DNA from: Aplysia californica
Lineage: Eukaryota
Length of the DNA: 64,000 nucleotides
Assembly: GCF_000002075.1 (NCBI RefSeq)
Contig: NW_004797283.1
Location: 2,892,860 to 2,956,859 of the forward strand
Direction: 5' to 3'
In this document: in pieces, positions 36,605-48,600 of the stretch
Layout: every line of letters begins with the position of its first letter
How positions within the stretch are numbered: position 1 is the first letter of the stretch
Program-made: the position numbers and the translations under genes
The notes under the pieces: model-generated
Databases searched by the model: none
Seen by the model: the letters and a program-made list of their open reading frames with translations, nothing else
What the model was told of the DNA's origin: nothing

Positions 36605-39600
36605 TATTTTCATCCAGACATAGGAACAGAACAACTATAATGAAAGATAACGTTAAAAGCTGTAGGAACAGAAAATGTTTAAGATGTCTTTTGAAGCTAT
36701 CAAGTGTTTTTATTTGTCTTAGTTTCATGGGTAATCACCATGTGTAATATACACACCAATGAAACCAAACTTCTCCCATAGGTAGGGCAATGCCCACTTT
36801 TGGTGTAGGTCAAGATTTCAGGAAACCCCCGAAATCTGGATTAGCCCGCTTGTCCTTAAAAGCCACGAAATACAAACTGTTGTCAAGGAGAGGGAGATTA
36901 AGGCATGCTCTCTCAGGTAGCTGCCGTTATGCCAGGACTGGTTAGAGAAATACAAACTGTGATGTATTGTTAAGAAAGTGTAATTGTGTGTGGTTGTGAT
37001 CATTGTATTATGCGGGTTATGTCCTTTATATCTGTATGTATCACGTGACCGTGAAGATGTGTTTTTCACGAATTTACGGCAGTTCAGAAAAAACTCTCGA
37101 GCAAGTTGCATGTGTCATGTTGAAGATAATATATTGGCGTTGAGGACGATTCGTAGTGAGCTTGCCATGGCGACAATCGGTTCAGTGCATGAATTCAATG
37201 AGAAGGAGGATTCGTGTCATAGAGAGGGAGATTAGGGCATTCTGTCTCAGGTGGGTGTCTTAATTTATGCCAGGACTCGTCAGAGAAATACAAACGTTGT
37301 CATAGAGAGGGAGATTAGGCATGCTGTCTCAGGTGGGTGTCTTAATTTATGCCAGGACTCGTCAGAGAAATACAAACTGTTGTCATAGAGAGGAAGATTA
37401 GGGCATGCTGTCTCAGGTGGGTGTCTTAATTTATGCCAGGACTCGTCTGAGAAATACAAACTGTTATCAAGGAGAGAGAGATTAGTGCATGCTCTCTCAG
37501 GTCCCTCTACACTCAGAGACCATGTCTAATGAAACAAATGACTCCCGAAACCGTAGTCAAGGTGAGGTACTTGTCTTTACACTCCAACACCACAGACTGT
37601 GACACTATGTACCCTAAAACCACAATCAAGGAAGAGCAAAACAGTGTGGTCAGAGTAATTTTCAGAGCGCAGAAACAAGGGCGGTGTTTTCCTCCATTCT
37701 GTGGAAAACTTTGTTATTGTAATGTGCCTGAGAGCAGGTCATCCAGGGCTGGAACACCATAATGATAATAATAATGATGATAATAATAATTATTATTATT
37801 ATAATAAGAGAATAATTATATGATAGTATTTTATTGTCTTGGAGGAACATTTTTCTTGGCCTTATAGGTATGCATAAAATTAAATTATAAATAACTCTCA
37901 TTAAAATTCAATATGAAAAGAAAAGTTAAGCTGACAAAATGTACATATCTCATCAGATGCATCAGTGGTAGAATGGTTTGTTAGCTCCGGATCACTATAA
38001 ATGTCAAACATACATCAGTGATACAGCACAATGTCAAACATACATCAGTGATACAGCACAATGTCAAACATACATCAGTGATACAGCACAATGTCAAACA
38101 TACATCAGTGGTACAGCACAATGTCAAACATACATCAGTGATACAGCACAATGTCAAACATACATCAGTGATACAGCACAATGTCAAACATACATCAGTG
38201 ATACAGCACAATGTCAAACATACATCAGTGATACAGCACAATGTCAAACATACATCAGTGATACAGCACAATGTCAAACATACATCAGTGGTACAGCACA
38301 ATGTCAAACATACATCAGTGATACAGCACAATGTCAAACATACATCAGTGATACAGCACAATGTCAAACATACATCAGTGATACAGCACAATGTCAAACA
38401 TACATCAGTGATACAGCACAATGTCAAACGAACAAAGGTTAAAGGTCACGGGTGTGTGTCCTTGAGCAAAGCATGAAAACCTGAGCTTTAAAAAAATGGG
38501 CGATGCACACTGGCAACTCCATTCAGCAGTAATGGATACGCCAAGTTGGGGAAGTAAAGGCGGCGTGGAAAGGAACTGGCCACCCTACCATATGTCGAAG
38601 GCTCAAGAAGTTGTCTCACTAACAAACCAATCCCCAATATCCGGATTGGATGCGGGAACAACTTGACTTTATTACAATATGTCATACAATTGTAAAACAG
38701 ATTTCCCCTCAGGAATCAGTGAAATGGAATTGATTATTATTTTTGTTATTATATTGCAACATTTCATGTTTTTATTCCCCCAGGGCGGCAAGTTTCAGAC
38801 TCGTATTGGTCTTCTCATGGTGCTATGTGGATGGTTGTGCGACTGCCCCATCGCTGTCTCACACTTCTTGAGCAACACTGCCAATGTACCATATGTATCC
38901 TTTTGTCTGTTATCTGTGTTCCGATGTTGATGTTTGAGTGTAGTGACGGCCATTTTCCCACCTTCAGGAAGCCAATTTGCTATTCTTATAAAGATATGAT
39001 TATTCTGAGATGCTGCAAAATGCTTCACTGCATCTTTCTGGTTGACTTTTTGTTTTAAAAATATTACCAAGGAGCAATTCGGCCAAGTACACTGTGCAAG
39101 ATAGTGTTATAAGGAAGACCCCCTTTTTATTGAAAATAGATCTGGATTGATAACAACAACGGGGAAAATAGGTGGGTTTTTTTAGGTCAACTGAAAGGCA
39201 CGGACAGTGAGTTTTGGGTACTGTTCTCTCTGAAATTACAGCGAAACATGGGTGAAATTGTCCAAGACAGCCATCTATAGTTGAGAACAGTGGTTGTCTA
39301 AGGTGTATGTTTTGAACAGTGTCGTGATGTTATTAAGAAAGGAAAACCCCACAAAGTGGGATTTGGGATGTGGTTGTTTGAACAGATGATTGCTATGGAC
39401 AGGTGGCCGTTACAGCTGGTTTGATTGCATGTACCTGGCATACCTGGATACCTGGAGGTGCATCTCTGACTCAGAGGTTGACGTGTAATGACCCTCCATC
39501 TTTCACGGTCGCGAGCTACCGTTGCACATTCTGCCATGTCTAGTCCAGTCCATGTTCTTATGTTGTCCATCCATGTTATTTTTTTCCTTCCTCTCGCTCT

Positions 39601-42600
39601 CCTGCCCCACATCTTTTCTTCAAGCACCTCTTTCACAATAATCCTGTGTCTTTTTAAATGTCACATGGGTGTTGTTGTTATTGATCCAGCAACAGCTGGG
39701 CTCTCGCCCTTCTATCCAATGCCATGTAGTGATAAGTGCAAGTTTGCTGCAGTTGCTGTAATGTTCCATAGAGTGTGTTGTCAATTTTAGGTCTCGGAGG
39801 GAGAAGGGTAGCTCTGATGTCATTTAGGGCTGTGCAGTGGAACAGGTGATGATCCACAGTCTCATATGCATAGTCACACAAGGGACACATTGGGGGAAGT
39901 TACATGGTAATTCCTTAACTCCGGTGCTCAGCTGATCTCGCAAGTGTCATCCAGTGAGGGGGAGGAGCATGAAGCCATTGTGCAGGGCCTCTGTGCCTTT
40001 CTCCTGGGCATCTGTATGCTCTACAATGATGACAAAAGCGAAGCTTTCTCCAAGTAAGTTTGGTCGTTTCATCTTTTCTTTTTAGAAACCCTGGCCTACA
40101 TTTCTCTCCTGCAAACTAGACCTCTAGACCTCTTAAGCGCTATTTTGTTTGAGTTTTTGTCTTTTTTCTGTTTGGTGTTTGTTCCATTTATGAACTTGTT
40201 CCTTACATGAAATTCTCGTTTATATTTCAATTTTGAATATTGATTTTTTTCTTGTTTCCCGTAAGTTATGGTAAGGGAAAGTTTTATTTAGCAACATTAT
40301 ACGTACATTTTCCCCTCAGTAAATAAATGTTTGCATTAGCTTTTGCACAAGCACTTGTACTGCTCACCAATTTGTGAACAATGTGCATGAAAAAGAACTC
40401 CAGAGGGAAATGATGAGGCTAGAAAATTGTAATGCTTAACCAGCAGATGCGGCTTATGATTTATACAAACATAATTGTATCTTTTGCTTGGAATGTTATG
40501 GTGTCGTACTTGTCAGAATGAGAACACTTTTGCGTGCTCTGTAACGTAGAAATGGGTATCCTTGGATATAGATGTATTGTGAATACAAAGCCTGTAGCCC
40601 ACAAAAGTAATGATGAGACGTTTTTGCTTTTGTTTTTGGAGATCAACTTTTCGCGTCTGATCTTCAGCTTTTATGTGAAATGGTACAAGTTCCCTTTCAA
40701 GAATTGTGTGCTGCATGATTTTGATGTGATACAGTGAAATACAAACTGATCTCCTCCTGATTCTCAAACACTGTCCCCTGTATGTTTCTCAACAGGAGTG
40801 CCTTGAAGCAAGTCATTCAGAACCGCATCGGGCTGGAGTCGTTCACAGACAAGCTGACGCAAGTGGCACAAAACGAGAACTACACACGCGCCGCCAAGAA
40901 ACCACATTTGTACTACAAGCACCCCAACGAGATTGTCTTTGACTACTCCTTCACGCGTCTCTTCAAGAGTTTAGAAAGTGAGTGATGTGTTGTGGCTAGT
41001 AGCACTCGTGACTCTTCTTCAAAGGTGTTGCATCCTCTCGTATTTTTGATCCAGTTCCAGTTTTGAAATTACATGCCTAGTATGCAAAAGACATGAGTTT
41101 GACTGCTGCATGTGGAAGATATTTTAATCTAGTATATCTGTCTTTCTGTTGGGATTTGTAGTCCCTTACTGTTCGGTTTGGCCATGGTATATAGGATGAA
41201 GCAACTTGTCTGTTAAATGATCTTTATTGTGTCCAAGAGAGCATAGAATATTTTTGAGTCAGTCTTTTAAACTATTATTTAAATTTATTTTGATTCATCT
41301 GTCTTTTATAATTTCCAATTCTTTTGTATTTCTTTATGTTACTTGGATCGTTTTGTGGCATTCACAATTTTTATTAGCATGAATTTTAAATAAAACTCAC
41401 CCACAAAACTAAAAGTCTTTAACTGAAAGGTGTTTCGTATTTAAGAGTTGAGGAATATCTTCCCCGTTTTGCTTCAGACGGTGGGTGGTTGGCAGGTGCT
41501 CTGGTGTGATTTGCTTCTTCTTTCCTATCAAACATCAGTCGTCCTGATCTCTTCTTCTTTTTTATGTTTTCTACTTTCTTGTAACACCTCTAATCTTCGG
41601 CACTTGTATGACCTTATTGTGTTACAAGTGCTTTTAAAACTCTTACTAAAACTAAAACGATCTCTCCTCCTTTTTTTATGTTTGCTGCTCCCTTGTAACA
41701 CCTCTAATCCTCGGCACTTATGTGACCTTATTGAACCCCGCGATGGTGCTGCTGACTAAAGTGTCTTTAGGCCATTCCCAAAGGGGGACATTACCATGTT
41801 CTGTTACACAATGGAATTGTAAATGGGCTGATTCATCAATTTCATGCTCATAACTGTGCCGGAATTGCAACAGGAAACTGCTGCTTTTTTTTTCCTCATC
41901 CTTACTATCGTCATTTTGTCCTCTACTTCTTTTGTATGTTTGTTACTCTCTTGTGACCTGTTGTTTCCGGGTTGCCTTGATAGTCGAAGCAGACTGTGCT
42001 GTTGAAGCTAGAGAGGTGAGCAGAGTAAGCCCGATTCCCTGTAAGGAGTTCTCTGTTGACATCCAGCCCTTGGCGCTCATATGACCTTATGCAGTTGCGA
42101 GCGCTGTAAAACGTGTACTAAAACTAAAAACTGACCTTATTGTGTGTGAAAGTGCCGTTGTTGTTGTTTTCAAATCCCTTTAGCTGCGAGCATTTCGCTC
42201 TTGGCAGCACAAAAAGTGGCGTAAAACTCTTTAAAAAAAACTTTGCTTCAGACGAGGTGTTGAAGGCGGTGTCTGGCTCGGGCGGCGCCATCAACGGACG
42301 CACGCTGCTGGGTGGGGACGAGGACCAGTACAAGGCTCTGCTGAGGGAGCAGGAGGAGGTGCTGAGCGGGCTGAGGCAGCAGCTGGAGGAAATGCAGGGG
42401 CAGAACAGCGCGTCAGAGAGGCGTGTCGCCGAGCTCACCGACCAGGTCCAGCAACTCCGGGACCAGAACGCCCTGCTGAAGGCACACAAAGGTGAGGAGA
42501 TCTTTTATCCGTATGGGAAGATGCCTGGCTAGGTTTGTTACAAAGGTCTCTGATTGGGCACAACAATGGAGTGTTTTTTTGTTAGTTCTAATGCCCTTAA

Positions 42601-45600
42601 GAGTCCAGCAACTCCGGGACCAGAACGCGCTGCTGAAGGCACACAAGGGTGAGGATATCTGGATGTCAGAAATTTGTGGCGGCGCAACTTCTCTTTTTGG
42701 CCCGTGTCCTGATTTTGGTGCCTGTATTTGTTGGTTATGTAAGAATGTACAGACATGGTGGGTGCAAATTGTTATGTTTTCTAGAGAAACGAAACAAGGG
42801 AAAGGGGAATTGTTAAGTCGGCAGTTATGATGATGATGATGCTGATGATGATAATGATGCAACTTTTCCTCAGATTTCTCTTTTATTGGTGAATCAGGGT
42901 CATCCATACTTTGCACAGCAGTTTGTATCAATTTGTTTTAAAAAATCTGTAGAAACTACCCACTTGGATTTTTTATTAGTATTTATTAATGAATTTTCTA
43001 GGATACAGCTAGCAGGTGTTTACAAAAATGCTGATCTGTTAAGACAAATTGATACAAGTCATTGTGCTAAAATTGGAAAACCTGTGTTCAATAGTTGAGG
43101 AGATATTTGACAATAAGTTGTGCCATGAATTTTTTAAGCACACTATAGGTTTGTAACTTTGTCATAGAGGTCTCTGATTGGGTGCAGCAATGGAGTGTCG
43201 TTTAGTTCGTGCTAGTACCATAAAGAGAGGTCACTGATTCGGTCCAACAACAGAGGGAAAGAACGTAGGTGGTTGGAGGGTGCCTTGGTGTGGTTTACTT
43301 CTTCTTTCCTATCAAACTTCTATGGTCCTTATCTCCCCTTCGTCTTTTCTATGTTTGTTACTCTCTTGTAACAGCTCTAATCTTCTGGCTCTCATATGAC
43401 CTTATGCAGTTGCGAACGCCGTAAAACCTCTACTAAAACTAAAGAGGGAAAGAACCCTGCTGAAGGCACACAAAGGTGAGGAGATCGGGCGTGGGTGGGT
43501 GGTTGGAGGGGGCTGCTGGTGGTAGGTTTTGCTTCTTTACTTTTCCTCTGTTGTTTCTGTCTACCTGTCTTACCTTTTCTCAACACTAAATGACTCGCCA
43601 ACCAGGTCTCCTCCCCCCCAGCGCCTTACGAGTCATTTGAGGTTAAGACTTCTATTGTACGATGTGTTGATGTTGTAACGATATTTGTTCGCTTTTAAGG
43701 ACAAGAGCGCTAACTCAGATTTCGGGGGTTTCCAAAAATCTTGACCAACACCAAAAGTTGGCATTGCCTACCCAAAAGAGAAGTTTGGTTTCATTGGTGC
43801 GTATATTTGTTTGGTTATAAAGCATACTCTCCTTGTCATTTAAAGAAACTGAACAAGGGGCGCAAACTTTACCTTCGATTTTCTCTAAACAAGCCCCTTG
43901 TGCTTAAAAACGACCATATCTTCCTCCTGTGTGTGCAGGTAGTCAGGGCACTCCGCCCCCAGTAGCAGCGTCGCCGTCCGGAGCCTCCGCCGAGGAAGTG
44001 GAAAGTCTGCAGCGGGAGGTGGACAGTCTCAGGTCTCAGCTCACGGAGAAAGATGCTCAGCTCCAAGCCAGTGTAAGTTACTGCTTTTTGTTTTTACCTG
44101 TAACGTCAAGACTCATTCATTATCATTCCAGCATCTGTGGTTTATTGGTTAGGCTCAATACATATCTTTGTCTCTCTCTCTTNNNNNNNNNNNNNNNNNN
44201 NNNNNNNNNNNNNNNNNNNNNNNNNNNNNNNNNNNNNNNNNNNNNNNNNNNNNNNNNNNNNNNNNNNNNNNNNNNNNNNNNNNNNNNNNNNNNNNNNNNN
44301 NNNNNNNNNNNNNNNNNNNNNNNNNNNNNNNNNNNNNNNNNNNNNNNNNNNNNNNNNNNNNNNNNNTTTTTTTAAACCTAGTGTTGTTGTATCCCCCTGC
44401 ATGTCACTGTTGAATCTAGTGTGTGGGTGGTTGGCTGGTGCTGTGGTGTGGTTTGCTCCTTCTTTCCTACAAAACATCTATCGTCCTTATCTCCCCTTCT
44501 TCTTTTTTTAATGTTTTTTACTCTCTTGTAACACCTCTAATCTTTGGCACTTATATGACCTTATGCAGTTATGAGCACTGTAAAACCTCTACTAAAACAA
44601 AAACAATCTAATCTTGTGGCGCTCATATGACCTTATTGTGTTGCAAGTGCCCTAAAACTCTTACGAAAAGAAAAAAATCTTGCTGCAGGCCGCTGGAGGA
44701 GACGAAGACAAGGAGAACAACCCAGATGGCGGGGCTGTGCTTCAAGCTTCCCTGGCTCGCCTACAGGGGGAGGTGGCCAGCCGAGACCAGGAGATCTCAG
44801 GTCTGAAGGCCGAGGTGACTCGACTGACCACTGAGCTACAACAGGTGTGTGCTCATTTACTCTACATATAATAATACATGTAATAATAATAATAATTATA
44901 ATAATAATAATAATAGTTATAATAATAATAGATAGTTTTTGTAAAGAGCGCAATTAGATAGTTTTTGTATACAGCGCAAATTCCCCCTCAACAGCAAGCT
45001 CTATGCACTTGACAATGTATACTGAGGTGCAAAAGAAACGCGAATATTTATTACAACACAATGATTGGCAAAATGCAACACATAGGTTTCCAGTTATTTG
45101 TTGTGTTTATTAGCTGAAACTTTGCACACTTCTTGAGTGACATAGCTGGCATGAACTGAGGATCCGACACATTTATCTGAGCTCACGTTGACCTTGACGG
45201 GCAAACTTAGTAACGCGTATGGCCTCCACGTGCAGCGATTATAGCGGGGCATCTTCTGTTCATAGAGTTAATCAAACGGTTGATCTGGCCATTTTGGATG
45301 CCACCGAAGATCTGGATGATGGCTGCAGTCAACTGGGCTGCTGGTCGAGGCCGTGGCTGCGTCTGGTTAAGCTGTCTTTAGATCATGTCCAACAAATGTT
45401 CAATAGGGTTCAAGTCAGGTGAGTGAGGTGGGTGTGCCAATAAATTGACATTGTTCTGCGCCAAGAAGTTCTGGGTAGCACGTGCGGTATGTGGTTGTGC
45501 GTTGCCTTGTTGATATAGGCAGTTACGATGGCTCTGTATAAAGGGCACCACTTGAGGTTCCAAGACTAGTGCAATGTAGCGCTGAGCCGTGATGCCGTTT

Positions 45601-48600
45601 CCACGTCCTGGACCAATGTTCTGGAAGTTGACAGGTCCCACTCTATGATTCAACGCCATGGTTCCCCATATCATCACGCTCTCGCCTCCCCAGGGGTCAC
45701 GCTCCAGAATGTTGTTGTCGTCATAGCGAGTCGTGTCTCTACGCCACGCACGGACACGGCCATTCACTGGATCGACGCAGAACCTGCTTTCATCACTGAA
45801 GAGGACTCTCCTCCACTGTGCGTTCTGCCAGTTGACATGTGCCTGTGCCCACTGTATCCGTTGCTGTAGATGCCTTGGTGTTAGGACAGCTCCCTAGTAA
45901 GGACGCTTGCAGTGAAGACCAGCAGTCACTAACCTCGTTGGCACAGTCCAGCAGCTAAGTTGGCTTCCAGTCGTTCCCATGATTGTTCTGGCAGTCTCTG
46001 CACCTGGCAGAAACGGATCGCGGCGGTACCGATGAATGATGACACAATCATGGGCTGGAGTTGTCCCCCTTGGTCTTCCACTTTTTGGTCGATCTGCTGT
46101 GGTCGCTGTCGCTTGTAATCGGTTCCGAAGGTGATAAATGGTGCTTAGGTGGACACCAAAAACCTGGGACACCTGTTCCACCGACTCACCGGCCGCCAGT
46201 CGCCCGACAGCTCTTTCTCTGTTTTCCCTTGATAACCTTGGCATGTCTGTAGCTCGTCTGTTTCGATATGAATGCAACACTTCGAGGTGCGGATTTTATA
46301 GGCATACGCCCAGGACTGAGTGAGCATAAACTCAGGACTGACAATAAGTTGCAAATGTGTCCCAGTGGTGAGTGATGACTCGTGAGTTGTGCATTGCTTA
46401 CGCAGCCAATGACATCTTTGCGATGCTCAAAAATGCCCAATCAAGACGCTCGAGGCAAGTGTTGACTGATATGAGTTCACATCACACAACTATGAACTCA
46501 GCATTGGGCGATTACAACAACATAAAAAATTCGCGGTTTTTTGCACCTCACTATATATTATTACCCCAGCAGATAGCATTCTGATACAATCTCAGTTTCC
46601 TGGGAAGCATGCCGTGCAAAACGAACAATTCAGTTTTTAGGCCTGCATAAAGAATGCTTTCTTTAGACATGGTTGAGGTTTTACTCACAGTTGCAGGTTT
46701 GCTGTGTGATTTGGCGAGTTCTCTGATCGAACCAAAACTTTTCCTATGTGTTTAAGAACTTTCGTGTCATAGTTTGGTTGGTGCTTTGATGGAATCTTTA
46801 CATATCTTCATTCTTGTCATAAGACAGGCTAATGCACAAAGTATAATTTTTTTTAAATAGATTTGATGAATCAGTAGTAAATTGCTTATTTCGTACGCTC
46901 TGCCAAAGCCAGGCCTGAATTTTGACTGGAACTTCTACTGAAACATTAGAAATGAAGCCTAACAATCTGGCGGAAGTCAGGCTGCACTGCGATGTAAACC
47001 AAATTTTTTTGCTTGTCCTTTAGAATTCACTCCACTTGGGGTTAGTCAGGCCTATCAGGAGGGTGACATTTTGCTTTCCTTCCCCAGAAGTCAACACAGT
47101 CTGCCGAAGCTTCCTCTCCAGAGTCAGACGCCGCCACCGCAGAGCTCCAGTCGCGGTTACAAGCCAGCGAGTCTCAGGTGGCCGCCCTCACGGAGGAGCG
47201 GAACTCTCTGCAGGAACGAGTCAAGAAATCCAACGAGGAGAACCTGAAGCTGGCCAGTAATGTGCGGGTGAGTGGCCACCTCACACAGGAGTACACGCGA
47301 CACACAGGAGTACACATGACACACTAGAGTACACACCACACACAGGAGTACACGCGGCACACAGGAGTAATAACAATAATAAATCGCATTTATGCTGCGC
47401 ATTTCCAAAAAATGCTCAATGCGCGTAACATCAAAAAAAGGCATCACATATGTGTATGTATAAAACATTCTATGAGAAAAACGGTCTTGCAGTGAGCTTG
47501 GCAATGTGTTCCCACTAAAAATATACAATGCAATACAAATTCATGAACGCTCCCAATAAAATTGAAACTTGAATAAATAGAAATATTCATTAAAAACATT
47601 CGTTCTCTATAAATAGANNNNNNNNNNNNNNNNNNNNNNNNNNNNNNNNNNNNNNNNNNNNNNNNNNNNNNNNNNNNNNNNNNNNNNNNNNNNNNNNNNN
47701 NNNNNNNNNNNNNNNNNNNNNNNNNNNNNNNNNNNNNNNNNNNNNNNNNNNNNNNNNNNNNNNNNNNNNNNNNNNNNNNNNNNNNNNNNNNNNNNNNNNN
47801 NNNNNNNNNNNNNNNNNNNNNNNNNNNNNNNNNNNNNNNNNNNNNNNNNNNNNNNNNNNNNNNNNTACACGCCTCACTCACCTGTACACACAACACACTC
47901 GAGTACACGCCTCACACAGGAGTACACGCCTCGCACAGGAGTACACAGGACACACAGGAGTACACGCCTCACACAGAAGTACTCGTGACACACGCGAGTA
48001 CATGTTATTTAGTCATTGTCACCTGGTGTTATTATAATGGCTGCCACACCTCTAGCTTTTCTGAGTGGGAAATTTTGTCAACCTGATTTATTTCCTGTCA
48101 GCAACATATTAGGCAAAAGTAACGTAAAATTTCATGCTACATATCCTCAGGGGGAAAAAATACACTCTTTTCTGCAACTCCGAAAAATCAGCTGTGGGTG
48201 GTGGCGAGTGCTCTGGTGTGGTTTGCTTCTTCTTTCCTATCAAACGTCTATCGTCTTTATCTCTCCTCCTTCTTTTTTGTGTGTGTTACTCTCTTGCAAC
48301 ACCTCTAATCTTCAGCAATTTTATGACCTTATTGTGTTGTAAGTGCTGTAAAACGCTTACTAAAACTTGTTTAACTCAGCTAGTTTTCACTTTCTGCATG
48401 CTTGTCTTTCACTTATGTGACTGGTTTTTTTCTTTGTGTGTGTGTGTGTGTGGTGCAGACGTTGGAGGAAGAGAAGCAGAACGCGGGCGGAGACCTGCGG
48501 GAGGAGATGGAGACGTTGAAGAAGGAGCAGGACGACCTCTTGGTTCTGCTGGCCGACCAGGACGCCAAGATCGACAAGTACAAGACCAAGTTGAAGGAGC

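Noticed and set aside
37978-38476. Repetitive ORFs (CQTYISDTAQ)n etc. as proteins
   Set aside because: By-product of a stop-free 30-bp minisatellite inside a USO1 intron; no supporting gene structure.
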